A stretch of 64,000 bases of DNA, from NCBI GenBank assembly GCA_050633305.1, contig JBOEGF010000023.1, forward strand, positions 192,001 through 256,000, read 5' to 3'. This stretch comes from Nannocystales bacterium. Its GTDB lineage: Bacteria > Myxococcota_A > Polyangia > Nannocystales > Nannocystaceae. Positions 1 through 9,429 of the stretch are shown in pieces. Each line of letters opens with the position of its first letter. Positions within the stretch are counted from its first letter, which is position 1. Position numbers and translations under genes: made by a program. Below the pieces are notes generated by a model. It made no database searches. It was given only the letters and a program-made list of their open reading frames with translations, and was not told where the DNA came from.

Positions 1-951
1 ATTGCCGTGGCGAATACCGCCTCCGACCCGTTGCTTGAACGGGAACAGGGCCAGAACAACCCCCTGGGTTGCGGTCCGGACGCGGTTGTAGAGATGCCCC
101 TGGGGCAAGCTCGGAATGGGGCCGTAGTTGTCTTCATACTGCCAGTTGCACCCGGCGAACCAACCCCCCGAAGACCACTGACCATGTTGCAACGTGGTGC
201 CGATCTTGGTCCAGCTCAAGCTGAAGTACCACGAGCCGTTGATGAACTGGACGGTCCATTGGCCACCGTAGGCGGACAGCGCCTTGCTCGACAGCTCGCA
301 GTATGTCTCATCGAGGGCGATCCCGTGCCACTCCGAGTAGAACGAGAGCGCATTGCCAGACGTGCCGCTGACGTGGGTGATGAACTGGTTCGGACAACCG
401 GCAGGGTTGTAGCTGGTGTTGGGCGAGGTCGCGCCATCGGCAGCATAGCCGCAGTTGGGCGGCGTGCTCATCGCGACCGTCGCACCGTTGTTGGCGCTAC
501 TGATACTCGTCGTCGCACAGGCCTGCTCACCGATGAACTGCGGCTCGAGCTCCGCCGAGAAGTCATCGATGGACTCGTTGGGGAGCGCCTCCATGGGCGG
601 CTCCGTCATGTCGAGAATCACGGGACGCTCGAGGTCCTCAAGCGTCAGATCGGTCGGAAGGAGATCGACATCGACAAGGCTGATCACATCGCGCAGGGTC
701 GGTTCGCTCTCCGCGAACAGCGTCTCGACGTCTTCGTCGGCCAACGTGGGTGCGCCAGCGATGGCCCCCAATACGGCCTCGTCGATGACGAGGGCGTCCT
801 CCGCCTCCGCCTCATGCTCGAGGCCGAGTTCCGCGTCTTCGTCGAAGGCCCCGGGGCCTTCATCTTCCACGTCACAGCCGACCAAGCAGCTTGTGCCAAA
901 GAGCAACGCAGCGAGAGCCGCGGTGGTGGGATGCAGAGCGTTCTTTTCCAT
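1..951 (-). CDS. Secreted lipoprotein of unknown function, 3' end outside window
   Basis: Not in the ORF track because it runs off the edge. Manual minus-strand translation from ATG 951 gives MEKNALHPTTAALAALLFGTSCLVGC (lipobox), an acidic stretch, then a Cys/Trp/Gly-rich domain, with no stop seen to base 1. The + ORF 7..984 is its in-register antisense shadow. Confidence 0.75.
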   Translation of the reverse strand, partial: MEKNALHPTTAALAALLFGTSCLVGCDVEDEGPGAFDEDAELGLEHEAEAEDALVIDEAVLGAIAGAPTLADEDVETLFAESEPTLRDVISLVDVDLLPTDLTLEDLERPVILDMTEPPMEALPNESIDDFSAELEPQFIGEQACATTSISSANNGATVAMSTPPNCGYAADGATSPNTSYNPAGCPNQFITHVSGTSGNALSFYSEWHGIALDETYCELSSKALSAYGGQWTVQFINGSWYFSLSWTKIGTTLQHGQWSSGGWFAGCNWQYEDNYGPIPSLPQGHLYNRVRTATQGVVLALFPFKQRVGGGIRHGN

Positions 952-1121
952 ACGCTCGGTAGATGCGGCCCCCGGCAGTTGTGACGCTTTTTTCCCGGAA
1001 TGCCGAGAACAGCAGAGAAGGCGATCGGGCGCGTTGGGAAGACAACAGTCGCCTGCACCGGAGGGGCTTGGCTCGACGGCTCCCGCGGGTGAGCTGCCGG
1101 CCAGGTCCCACACAGACGCTC

Positions 1122-1919
1122 CTAGGTCTGCGCGAGCCCGCGGCACAGCTGCTCGGTCGCGTCGTCAAGCGGCAGATAACTCTCGATCCTCAGTTCCTCC
1201 AGCGAGACGTTCTGCGGGGCTTGGAACACGGTCAGGGTCGTGAGGAAGCCGAAGCGTTGGCCTTCGAATTCGAAGGTGATGTCGAGGCTGGCGACGCTGG
1301 GCGTGGTGAGGTCGGGGACACGCCAATCCTCGGGCACATCCGGGTAGGCGCACAGCGAACTGATCAGCGCAGAGAGCCCGGCATCGCGTCGACGATGGAG
1401 GAGTTCGCGCTGCATGCGATTGAGGAGCGCCCGGGCGATGCGGTCCCATGCGACGACGAAGGGTCGCAGAAGGTCGGGGTCGAACAAGAGTCGCATCAGG
1501 TTGCGTTCTTCCGCGGCCTGCTCGCCCAGCAAGAGCTTCAAGAAGCGCCCGGTGGCCTCGTTGGAGGTCAGGAGGTCGTAGTGCCGATCGAAGACCAGCA
1601 TGGGAAACGGCTCGTGGTGCCGCATCATGATCTCGAGCGCTCGCTGCACGGCGGGGTCGAACGCACCGTCGGCGCTGCCACGGAACATCTCGGCAAAACC
1701 GGCGGAGACCAACAGGGCGTTCTGGTCCCGCAAGGGCAGGTCCATGGTCGTGGCGAGTCGCAGGACCATTTCCTGACTGGGGTTTGCCCGTCCGGTCTCG
1801 AGGAAGCTGATGTGTTTGGCCGAGACACCCGAGGCACCTGCCAAGTCGAGCTGGCTGAGGCCGCGCGCGCCTCTCCAGTAGCGCAGGAGGGCAGGAAAGA
1901 CGTTGTCGCGGTCAGTCAC
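1122..1919 (-). CDS. XRE-family HTH regulator with MmyB-like ligand-binding domain
   Basis: LRYWRGARGLSQLDLA...HISFLETGRANPS HTH and C-terminal TTLTVFQAPQNVSLEELRIESYLP. The GTG at 1919 overlaps the upstream stop (GTGA). Confidence 0.9.
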   Translation of the reverse strand: MTDRDNVFPALLRYWRGARGLSQLDLAGASGVSAKHISFLETGRANPSQEMVLRLATTMDLPLRDQNALLVSAGFAEMFRGSADGAFDPAVQRALEIMMRHHEPFPMLVFDRHYDLLTSNEATGRFLKLLLGEQAAEERNLMRLLFDPDLLRPFVVAWDRIARALLNRMQRELLHRRRDAGLSALISSLCAYPDVPEDWRVPDLTTPSVASLDITFEFEGQRFGFLTTLTVFQAPQNVSLEELRIESYLPLDDATEQLCRGLAQT

Positions 1920-2809
1920 CCGGCGTTGGCCTCCATGAGAGTCGGGGGCGCGTGCTCCCGCAGGAAGGGGATCATGACACGAAGGACCGACTGGGGGTCC
2001 TCCTCGTGCAACATGAGTTTCTGGCCGGGTACGACTTCGAGGCGGGCCTCGCCGGGCCAGTCCCGGACCATCGAGGTGCCCTCCCGCAGAGGGAAGAATC
2101 CACACTTGTCCCCCCACACGGCGAGGAGAGGTGCATCGATCTTCTCATGAACCGCGGCCAGGTGGTCGCTGATGTCGAGGTCAGCATTGAGCAATGACCG
2201 CAACATGCCGGACGGGTCACGCCGCAGCGGCTCGAGGGTGGCCTCCTTGAAGTCACCGTCGAGTTGCGCCAAGTCGACGAACGCCCCCTTGAAGCCGTAT
2301 TTCGAGCGAAGGAAGGTCTTGGAATGCAGGAGCCAACGAAACACGGTTGTGGCTCCGGGCAACCCCGCCAGTATCTTGAACTGCTCGAGCAAGGGCAAGC
2401 GGTGGCCAGGGACTTCGGTGTTGGTCATCACCAGGGCAAAGACACGGCCGGGTCGCTGGGACGCGGCGATCCTTGCGACCGCACCTCCGGAGTCGAACCC
2501 CATCATCGCAAATTGCTCGAGCCCAAGTCGGTCGGCAAACTCGGCGACGAGGCGCCCTGCATCGAAAAACAAGTCGCGAAGGGAGGGGTCCCAGGGAGAA
2601 TCCCCGGCACCGGGGAGGTCGGGCACGTAGCAGGTGAAGTGGTGCCGCAGCTCGGCCACCAGACAGCGGAACGTGACGCCGCTCATCGGCCACCCGTGAA
2701 CGAGAACGAGCGCGGGACCCGAACCGAAGACACGGTAGGCCAGCGTCGTGGAACCGACGTCGAGATGCTGGACGGGGGCAGCGCGGAACAGCTCAAGTGG
2801 GCTCTGCAT
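1916..2809 (-). CDS. Alpha/beta hydrolase (epoxide hydrolase/dehalogenase-like)
   Basis: LVHGWP oxyanion motif, PDLPGAGDS, GFDSGG nucleophile elbow (Asp), WGDKC. Confidence 0.9.
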   Translation of the reverse strand: MQSPLELFRAAPVQHLDVGSTTLAYRVFGSGPALVLVHGWPMSGVTFRCLVAELRHHFTCYVPDLPGAGDSPWDPSLRDLFFDAGRLVAEFADRLGLEQFAMMGFDSGGAVARIAASQRPGRVFALVMTNTEVPGHRLPLLEQFKILAGLPGATTVFRWLLHSKTFLRSKYGFKGAFVDLAQLDGDFKEATLEPLRRDPSGMLRSLLNADLDISDHLAAVHEKIDAPLLAVWGDKCGFFPLREGTSMVRDWPGEARLEVVPGQKLMLHEEDPQSVLRVMIPFLREHAPPTLMEANAG

Positions 2810-2886
2810 GGCCCAAGCCTGTCCCCAGCCCTGCAGACAGGCCATTACCTGGGAGGTAGGTGGATGCGCTCAGCGCCCTGCAAGCC

Positions 2887-4017
2887 CTACCGGTCGCTGC
2901 GACGCGCGCGCTTCAAGTACGCGGTCGGGTCCACCGGCTTCTCGCCGTGTCGGAGCTCGATGTAGACGCTGCTGCCAAGGCCATCATCGAGCGCCTTGCT
3001 GGCGACCCGGCCGAGCAACGTGCCGCCCTCGACCTCTTGCCCTTCCTCGACGGCGATGTCCCACAACCGGGCCGTCAGCGTGTACTGACCACCACCGTGG
3101 TCCAACACGACGACCTGTTCGTACCCGGGCAACGCGGTCACCATCACCACACGTCCGTCGGCCATGGCCTTGACGGGTTCGTCTCGCCGCGCGTGCAGTT
3201 CGACGCCGTTGCGAATCGAGGGGAGCTCGAGGACCCGGTCCGTGTAGGGACCAAATCGGCCTACGACCCGTCCTTGCACGGGGCGCACGAGACGAGGCGC
3301 GCCATCGAGCCCCCGCAGCGAACGCAGCGAACGCCAGTTGCGTTTGACGTTCCGCAGCAGGACCTTGTGCTCATGCGACATCTCGCCATCGAGACGATCG
3401 GCGAGCCGACGTCGCGACTTCATCGTCGCGCGAAGGTCCGGGTTGATCGCGTGCTCGGCGGACACAAGCGCGTGCTCTTGCACGGCACCAACCATGGTGA
3501 TCGCGCCCAGCGTTTGCATCTCGCGGGATGCCGCGACCAGCTCGGATGCCGCACGTTCCTCGGCGCGTCGGTAGACCTCGAGTTCACCAAGGTCGTGCCG
3601 CACCAAGAACCTCAGCGCCCGCCCCCGAAGGATACGGGTCTGGAGTTCGGCCTCACGATCATCATCACCCGCGCTCTCAAACGCGAGCCGAGCCACGCCG
3701 CCACGGGATAGTTTGTAGAGCGACCGCGCACGGTTTCGGGCGGTCGTTTCCCGGTCGGTGCGACGGCTGCGATAGGCGTCGAGTCGACGCATGCTCTCGC
3801 GCGCAGCATGGTCGAGCACGGTCGCGGTGTACTCCAGGCTGGATCGCTCCCGGTCGAGCGCGGCGAGGGACTCGGCGAGCTCGGTGGAGGTCTTCGTCAA
3901 ACCGAGCTCTCGGCGCAGCGTTTCCTCGAGGCGCTCCGGTGCTTTCGACCGAGCATGGACGGTTGTCGCCAGCGCAAGCGCGAGCAGACCCAGGACGGCG
4001 GCTGAGCGCAGACGCAT
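2887..4017 (-). CDS. envC: Murein hydrolase activator EnvC (coiled coil plus degenerate M23/LytM domain)
   Basis: Signal peptide MRLRSAAVLGLLALAL, long coiled coil, and an M23 domain lacking the Zn ligands (RNGVE, VYIELRHG...PVDP). Coupled to ftsX (TGATG). Confidence 0.85.
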   Translation of the reverse strand: MRLRSAAVLGLLALALATTVHARSKAPERLEETLRRELGLTKTSTELAESLAALDRERSSLEYTATVLDHAARESMRRLDAYRSRRTDRETTARNRARSLYKLSRGGVARLAFESAGDDDREAELQTRILRGRALRFLVRHDLGELEVYRRAEERAASELVAASREMQTLGAITMVGAVQEHALVSAEHAINPDLRATMKSRRRLADRLDGEMSHEHKVLLRNVKRNWRSLRSLRGLDGAPRLVRPVQGRVVGRFGPYTDRVLELPSIRNGVELHARRDEPVKAMADGRVVMVTALPGYEQVVVLDHGGGQYTLTARLWDIAVEEGQEVEGGTLLGRVASKALDDGLGSSVYIELRHGEKPVDPTAYLKRARRSDR

Positions 4018-4928
4018 CAGGTCACCACGTAGCGGCCCGCAGCCGCCCGCGAGCCAAGAAGTCCGACGAGCGCGCCGAAGGCCACCCCCATCGCCACCTC
4101 GGTGGGCGTGAAGAACCGCAGCGTGCCTGCCGCGAACAACAAGGACAGGCCATCTTCGAGGAACGGCCGCACGGTGTCGAAGCCCGCGTAGAGCAGGGAG
4201 AGCGCCAGCGCAGCACCCAACGCACCTTGCATGAGGCCCTCGACGATGAACGGCCCTCGGACGAACTGGGTCGATCCGCCGACAAGCCGCAGGATCTGGA
4301 TTTCGGAACGACGCGCGTAGACGGCAAGCCGAATCGTGCTCCACACGATGGCCATGCACGCGAAGCCCACGAGGCTCGCGGCGCCCAAAGCCATGTTGCC
4401 CACCGTGCGAAGCATTTCTTGGGCCTGGTCGGTCCAGCTTCCTGCCACGGCAACGTCCTCAACGACGCCGAACCCGGTGACCTTGTCGCCCAGCGCGGAC
4501 ACGAAGCTCGAGGAGGTCCCGTCCTGCAAATGAACTTCGAGCGAGGCCGGCAGAACTCCAGGCTCGATGCCTTCGAGCATGCTCGCCTCACCGCCAAGCC
4601 CTTCCGCCAATCGCGTCATGGCATCCTGAGGCGTCACCCGTTCGACGGTCGTCACCTCGGGGATCGCCTCGAGGAGCCCGGCGAGTTCGTCGATCTCGTC
4701 GTCGGGCGCATCATCGTGAAGGTAGACGGTCACGGGCACATCGATGCCCCACGCACTCGCAACCCCTTGTGCATTGGTCCACGCGAGCATCACGGTGCCC
4801 AGCAACAACATGCACACCGCCGTGGTCGCGACGGCGAGCAACTGCACCATCGGAGCCTGCGCCATGCCGCGAAATGCCCGGGAGACAACGTATCCCGCGG
4901 CACGAAATGTATTCGGCCAGTCCCTCAT
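4017..4928 (-). CDS. ftsX: Cell division permease FtsX
   Basis: TM1, periplasmic loop and three more TMs. STIRLAVYARRSEIQILRLVGGS...VRGPFIVEG signature. Confidence 0.95.
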   Translation of the reverse strand: MRDWPNTFRAAGYVVSRAFRGMAQAPMVQLLAVATTAVCMLLLGTVMLAWTNAQGVASAWGIDVPVTVYLHDDAPDDEIDELAGLLEAIPEVTTVERVTPQDAMTRLAEGLGGEASMLEGIEPGVLPASLEVHLQDGTSSSFVSALGDKVTGFGVVEDVAVAGSWTDQAQEMLRTVGNMALGAASLVGFACMAIVWSTIRLAVYARRSEIQILRLVGGSTQFVRGPFIVEGLMQGALGAALALSLLYAGFDTVRPFLEDGLSLLFAAGTLRFFTPTEVAMGVAFGALVGLLGSRAAAGRYVVT

Positions 4929-5692
4929 GCCACGGCTCCCACGGGAACTCCGCTGCTGATGACCGGGTTGGTGTCTTCGTCGAGGTCGATGGCTTGCACA
5001 GGATCGAGTTCCGCCAACGAGTCGCTGACCAACCGTCCCCCTTCGAGACTGAGTTCGTGGGTGATCACCCCGGCCTCGCGTACGATCGGGTCGTGGGTCG
5101 CGAGCATGACGGTTGTGCCATCGCGGTTGATTCGCGCGAGCACGTCGAGGATCTCCCGACTGAGCCTGGGGTCGAGGTTTCCGGTGGGCTCATCGGCAAG
5201 CAGGATCGCGGGTTCGCCGGAGAGCGCCCGTGCAATGGCCACACGTTGCTGCTCCCCCCCTGACATTCGGGAGACAGAGCGCTTGGTTCCCGGGTCGAGC
5301 TCGACCTGTTCCAGCGCCTTGCTGGCCCGTGCTCGCACCTGGCGACGTGGGAGCCCGAGCACCTGTAGCGCAAGCGCCACATTCTCGAGCGCGGTCGCGT
5401 CCGGCAGCAGCTTGAAGTCTTGAAACACGGCGCCGACGTTGCGGCGCAGGTACGGAATCGAGTGCTGGCGGAGCCGGTGGATATCCCGGTCTGCAACCTG
5501 AATCGTGCCCTCCTGAGGGCGCTCCATGGCCAGCACGAGCTTGAGCAATGTGCTCTTCCCGGCGCCCGAGGGCCCGACGAGCACGGAGAACGCCCCCTGG
5601 GGGACGCTGAAGGAGACGTCTCGTAGAGCCTCGGTTTTTGCGCGTCCGCGCCCGTAGGTCATCGTCACCGAAGAGAATTCCAGGATCGGCAT
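4925..5692 (-). CDS. ftsE: Cell division ATP-binding protein FtsE
   Basis: GPSGAGKST, IPYLRRNVGAVFQDFKLL, MSGGEQQRV, LLADEPTGNLD. Directly upstream of ftsX. Confidence 0.95.
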   Translation of the reverse strand: MPILEFSSVTMTYGRGRAKTEALRDVSFSVPQGAFSVLVGPSGAGKSTLLKLVLAMERPQEGTIQVADRDIHRLRQHSIPYLRRNVGAVFQDFKLLPDATALENVALALQVLGLPRRQVRARASKALEQVELDPGTKRSVSRMSGGEQQRVAIARALSGEPAILLADEPTGNLDPRLSREILDVLARINRDGTTVMLATHDPIVREAGVITHELSLEGGRLVSDSLAELDPVQAIDLDEDTNPVISSGVPVGAVA

Positions 5693-5824
5693 GGTCGCGA
5701 GGCCACTGAACACACACGTTCGCGCTACGGCCAAAAAACCGGGGGAACGGACCGCCACGCGGCGCCCGCGGACGACACGAAATCGGGGATCTGGACGGGC
5801 GTCACAACCGAACTTCTTTCGTGA

Positions 5825-5840
5825 TCCCAAGATGTTGGGA
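5825..5840. promoter_or_regulatory. NrdR-box-like 16-bp palindrome
   Basis: TCCCAAGATGTTGGGA shares the 12-nt core CAAGATGTTGGG with the box at 28520 upstream of nrdJ. Confidence 0.35.
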
Positions 5841-5919
5841 CTCTCGTGACCCGCTTGCCAACTACATGTCGCATATCCGCGCACGTTCATGGCGTATCCT
5901 GCGAGGGGAAAGAGCGGGA

Positions 5920-7194
5920 ATGAGACAAGCGCGGTTGATCGGACTCGGTCTCGTCGGCGTCATCCTTGGCGTCGGCTTGGCCTGCGAGTCTTCAGAGGGA
6001 GACGGAGGCGGCTCGGCGGACTTCTGCCCGGCGCTCGAGGGCTACGTCAGCCCCTGCGACGCGCCGACGGTTTGTGAGCGGGCGCTCGTCCGAGACTGCG
6101 ACGCCATGGAGGGGATTCTTCAGCCCGAGGTCGCCTCCACGGTCAGCCAGTGCATGCTCTCGCTCGGGCAGCCGCAGGACTGCTTCGACGAAGCGACCGA
6201 CGTGTCCACCACCTCCTCGATCGTCGAAGATTTCGCGACGGCGATGTGTCTGGAGTGCGGAGACGGTTCCGGCGATTGCGAGTCCGAGGTGCTCTCCGGC
6301 GAGGACGACACCGAGCTTGCGCGTGCGGGCCGGTTGGCTCGGGTGCTGACTCGAGACATGCTCGAGAAGGTCCAAGACGAGTGCACCACAGGGGACGACT
6401 GCGCGGCTGCGTTTGAAGGATGTGCCAAGCAGGTCCTCGCCCGCGAGATTCCAAGCGAGACCTCTGCGTGCATGGTCGATGCGGTGTTCGACGACTACAA
6501 CGACGAGTGCGGCGACACGACCGACAGCACGACGGGCGTGGATACCGACACGACCGACTCCACGAACCCGACGTTCCCGACCGACCCCACGACCAATCCG
6601 ACGGACCCCACCGATCCCACAGACACCGGGGAGACGGACGGGGATACCGATGATGCGTGTGACGACGTCGGATGCCCCTGCATGTTCAACGAGGACTGTG
6701 CAGGCGAACTCGTCTGCCCCGAGGGTACCTGCGAGTCCGTCGCCGAATGCGGCGACGACCCCAACGAGCCCAACAACGGCGAGATTCAGGCTGCGTTGCT
6801 CGGTTCGATCACCGACGACGACGACACCGGGTCCATGCTCAGCGGCGAACTCGAAGCGCCCACCGATATCGACTGGTTCCGCTACGAAGGTTCCGATACG
6901 GCGCTGGCCATCGTCGGCCCGTACGCTCAGGTCAACATCAACGACCTCGAGCTGTGCATTCATGCCGAGTGCCTCAACGGGCTCGAAAACACCGAGGTGA
7001 CGTGCAACGAAGGCACGACGCTGCAGCCCTCCCCGAACGGACGACCCGGCTGCTGCGGAACCAACACCGGGGGCTTCGAGATTTCGCTGAGCTGCGGAGG
7101 AGCATTCTCCGACGACAGCGCCCTGATCTACATGAGCGTCGCTGGAAGCGAGCCTGGTGTTTGCCAGGAATACACGCTCACCTACAACTTCTAG
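5920..7194 (+). CDS. Cys-rich acidic lipoprotein with T/D/P linker
   Basis: Lipobox GLAC, helical Cys-rich N-domain, TDPT linker, and EPNN...DIDWF pre-peptidase-C-like C-domain. Confidence 0.85.
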   Translation: MRQARLIGLGLVGVILGVGLACESSEGDGGGSADFCPALEGYVSPCDAPTVCERALVRDCDAMEGILQPEVASTVSQCMLSLGQPQDCFDEATDVSTTSSIVEDFATAMCLECGDGSGDCESEVLSGEDDTELARAGRLARVLTRDMLEKVQDECTTGDDCAAAFEGCAKQVLAREIPSETSACMVDAVFDDYNDECGDTTDSTTGVDTDTTDSTNPTFPTDPTTNPTDPTDPTDTGETDGDTDDACDDVGCPCMFNEDCAGELVCPEGTCESVAECGDDPNEPNNGEIQAALLGSITDDDDTGSMLSGELEAPTDIDWFRYEGSDTALAIVGPYAQVNINDLELCIHAECLNGLENTEVTCNEGTTLQPSPNGRPGCCGTNTGGFEISLSCGGAFSDDSALIYMSVAGSEPGVCQEYTLTYNF

Positions 7195-7210
7195 ACTTGG
7201 ACCTGGACCG

Positions 7211-9421
7211 ATGAAACGACTCTCAGCGACCCCGTACTGCACCGCACTGGGCCTTGTGCTCGGTCTGGGCATCACCGGATGCAACCAGTCCAAGTTCGAG
7301 GACATTCGCGGCGAGATGGTCGACGACGACGGCGATCCCGACGACGACGACTCCGGGGACGAAGGACCCGGCGGGAGTGGACGCGAAGAAGAGGACGTCG
7401 CTTGTCAGGGTGAGGACGAGTGCGGGCCCGGAGAGACCTGCGTCGACTCGGTCTGCCAGATGCAACGGTGTCAGGGCGGACCGTACGTCTCCGGCCTTCC
7501 GCTGTCGCCCAACCTTCGATTCTTCATCGACCGCGAGTTCGTCGTGGCCGACAGCACGGCCAACGATGGAGATTTCTTCGTCGACGGCTACGCGCCACAG
7601 ACCGGGTCGATCGAGTATCCGGGCTCCTGGAACATGGGGTCCACCGCTGTCGTGGATGTCGTCGGCGGCGACTTCTTCGGCACCAACCCCGAGCTCTTTG
7701 TCATCGCCTCCGCCGGCAGCAGCCGGATTCGGGTCGGCGGCATCGAAGAAGACATCGAGATCGACGTGGGCTTCCAGCCACACGCGCTTGCAGCCGGAGA
7801 CACGGACGGCGACGAGAAGGACGAAGTGTTCGTCCTTGGCCAGTTCGGAAACTACGCCATCTGCGGCCTCGACGACGGCGAGTGCGTCACCGGGTTCTTC
7901 CAAAACGGAAGTGGACGAGATGCTGCTGTGGGTGACGTCGACGGAGACGGACAGCAGGAGGTCGTCCTGCTGCTCGAGAATGCCGGCGACGCGGTGCTCT
8001 TCGTCCTGGAACTCTCCGGCGACGCAGACGACTACCAAGCTCCGGCGATGCACGACTTGATCGCCATCGACGCGGGTGACCCCGATGGAGACGGTGTCGA
8101 CGACATCTTCGGTCTCGAAGCTGGCGGCGCGTTCTCCGATGCCCAGCTCCACGCCTACTCCGCGATGGGTAGCACCGTCGCGCCGCTCGGGTCCCAGGTC
8201 GTGGACGACGCTTCGATTGACCTCTCGTTCGGCGACCTCGACACCGATGAAGCCGACGAGCTGATCGTGCTGCGCGAAGGCAGCCAGATCGAGCTCTTCC
8301 GCGGAGTCGAGGGGTCTTCCCAGCTCAGCGCGGAGTTCACCGACTTCCTCACCGACTCCAACGCGCCCACTCGGATCGCCTCGGTCGACTTCGACGGCGA
8401 TTCACCGCGCTCGCACCTCATGAACGAAGAGCCGGTACTGATCCCCGGCGACATCGTCCCGGTCGCGCTCGGGATTTTTCCGCCCTACGAAGCCGAGTTC
8501 AGCGACGGCGAAGCGTCGGTCTCCATCGGCCGCGCCGAGTCCACTTCGGAGAGCTTCTCCGACTCGGTCTCCCTCGACATGGGAATCGACATGGGTGTGA
8601 GCGTCGGACTGTTCGACATCGCCAAGGCGGGCCTCGGAACCCGGATCAGCTCGAGCGTGAAGTTCAGCGAGACGCAGACGTTCCGGCAGAGCATCGGCAC
8701 CCGCTACTCCGCGCGCCCCGAGTCCTACTTCGAAGGCGAGCCCTACGGTGTCGTCACCCTCACCTGCGGTTGCTTTCACGCGTACAAGTACCGGATCGAA
8801 GACCCCGCAGGGATGCTCGGCGATGGTGGCGACCAGGAGGAGTTCGTCCTGATGGTGCCTGTCGGCGGCAGTGAGCTGTTGTGGTCCACTCGGCGCTACA
8901 ACGCGATGGCCGAGGCAGTTGGCACCCTGCCCATCATCGAGGTCCCCTACCAGGTCGGAAACCCCGACTCCTACCCATCGGGGCCCGAACGGCTCGACGG
9001 CTCGCCCATCCCCGAGGACGACTTCGTATTCACCAACCCGCCCAGCATCCTCGTGAGCGATGCGGGCAGCTCCGGCTTCCGCCTTTCGGTTGGGGAGAAC
9101 ATGACCAACAGCGTCTCGATGTCCACGAGCATCGGCTTCCGCGTGGACGTCTCGTCGGAGATCCCGATCATTGGCGGCGGGGTGAGCTTCGGTGCCGACA
9201 TCGGTGTCGGCTGGGGACAGGGCTACAGCATCCGCGTGGGTGAGAGCGCGTTCTTCGGGGGCAACCTGCCACCGCTCCCGGACAACCCGGACACGCCTGA
9301 GGACGAGTATCTCGACCACGCGTACACCACGATGCCGTTCGTCTACCGCGAGCACTACACCGACGCCAACGGCGAAGACGCGGCGTACTACGTGGTCAGC
9401 TACGCGGTCGCCCAAGAGTAG
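7211..9421 (+). CDS. FG-GAP/VCBS-repeat lipoprotein with beta-rich C-terminal domain
   Basis: Lipobox ITGC and repeats GDTDGDEKDE, GDVDGDGQQE, GDPDGDGVDD, GDLDTDEADE, DFDGD. Confidence 0.9.
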   Translation: MKRLSATPYCTALGLVLGLGITGCNQSKFEDIRGEMVDDDGDPDDDDSGDEGPGGSGREEEDVACQGEDECGPGETCVDSVCQMQRCQGGPYVSGLPLSPNLRFFIDREFVVADSTANDGDFFVDGYAPQTGSIEYPGSWNMGSTAVVDVVGGDFFGTNPELFVIASAGSSRIRVGGIEEDIEIDVGFQPHALAAGDTDGDEKDEVFVLGQFGNYAICGLDDGECVTGFFQNGSGRDAAVGDVDGDGQQEVVLLLENAGDAVLFVLELSGDADDYQAPAMHDLIAIDAGDPDGDGVDDIFGLEAGGAFSDAQLHAYSAMGSTVAPLGSQVVDDASIDLSFGDLDTDEADELIVLREGSQIELFRGVEGSSQLSAEFTDFLTDSNAPTRIASVDFDGDSPRSHLMNEEPVLIPGDIVPVALGIFPPYEAEFSDGEASVSIGRAESTSESFSDSVSLDMGIDMGVSVGLFDIAKAGLGTRISSSVKFSETQTFRQSIGTRYSARPESYFEGEPYGVVTLTCGCFHAYKYRIEDPAGMLGDGGDQEEFVLMVPVGGSELLWSTRRYNAMAEAVGTLPIIEVPYQVGNPDSYPSGPERLDGSPIPEDDFVFTNPPSILVSDAGSSGFRLSVGENMTNSVSMSTSIGFRVDVSSEIPIIGGGVSFGADIGVGWGQGYSIRVGESAFFGGNLPPLPDNPDTPEDEYLDHAYTTMPFVYREHYTDANGEDAAYYVVSYAVAQE

Positions 9422-9429
9422 CCCCCTTC

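Noticed and set aside
7..984. 325-aa + strand ORF
   Set aside because: In-register antisense shadow of the minus-strand lipoprotein.
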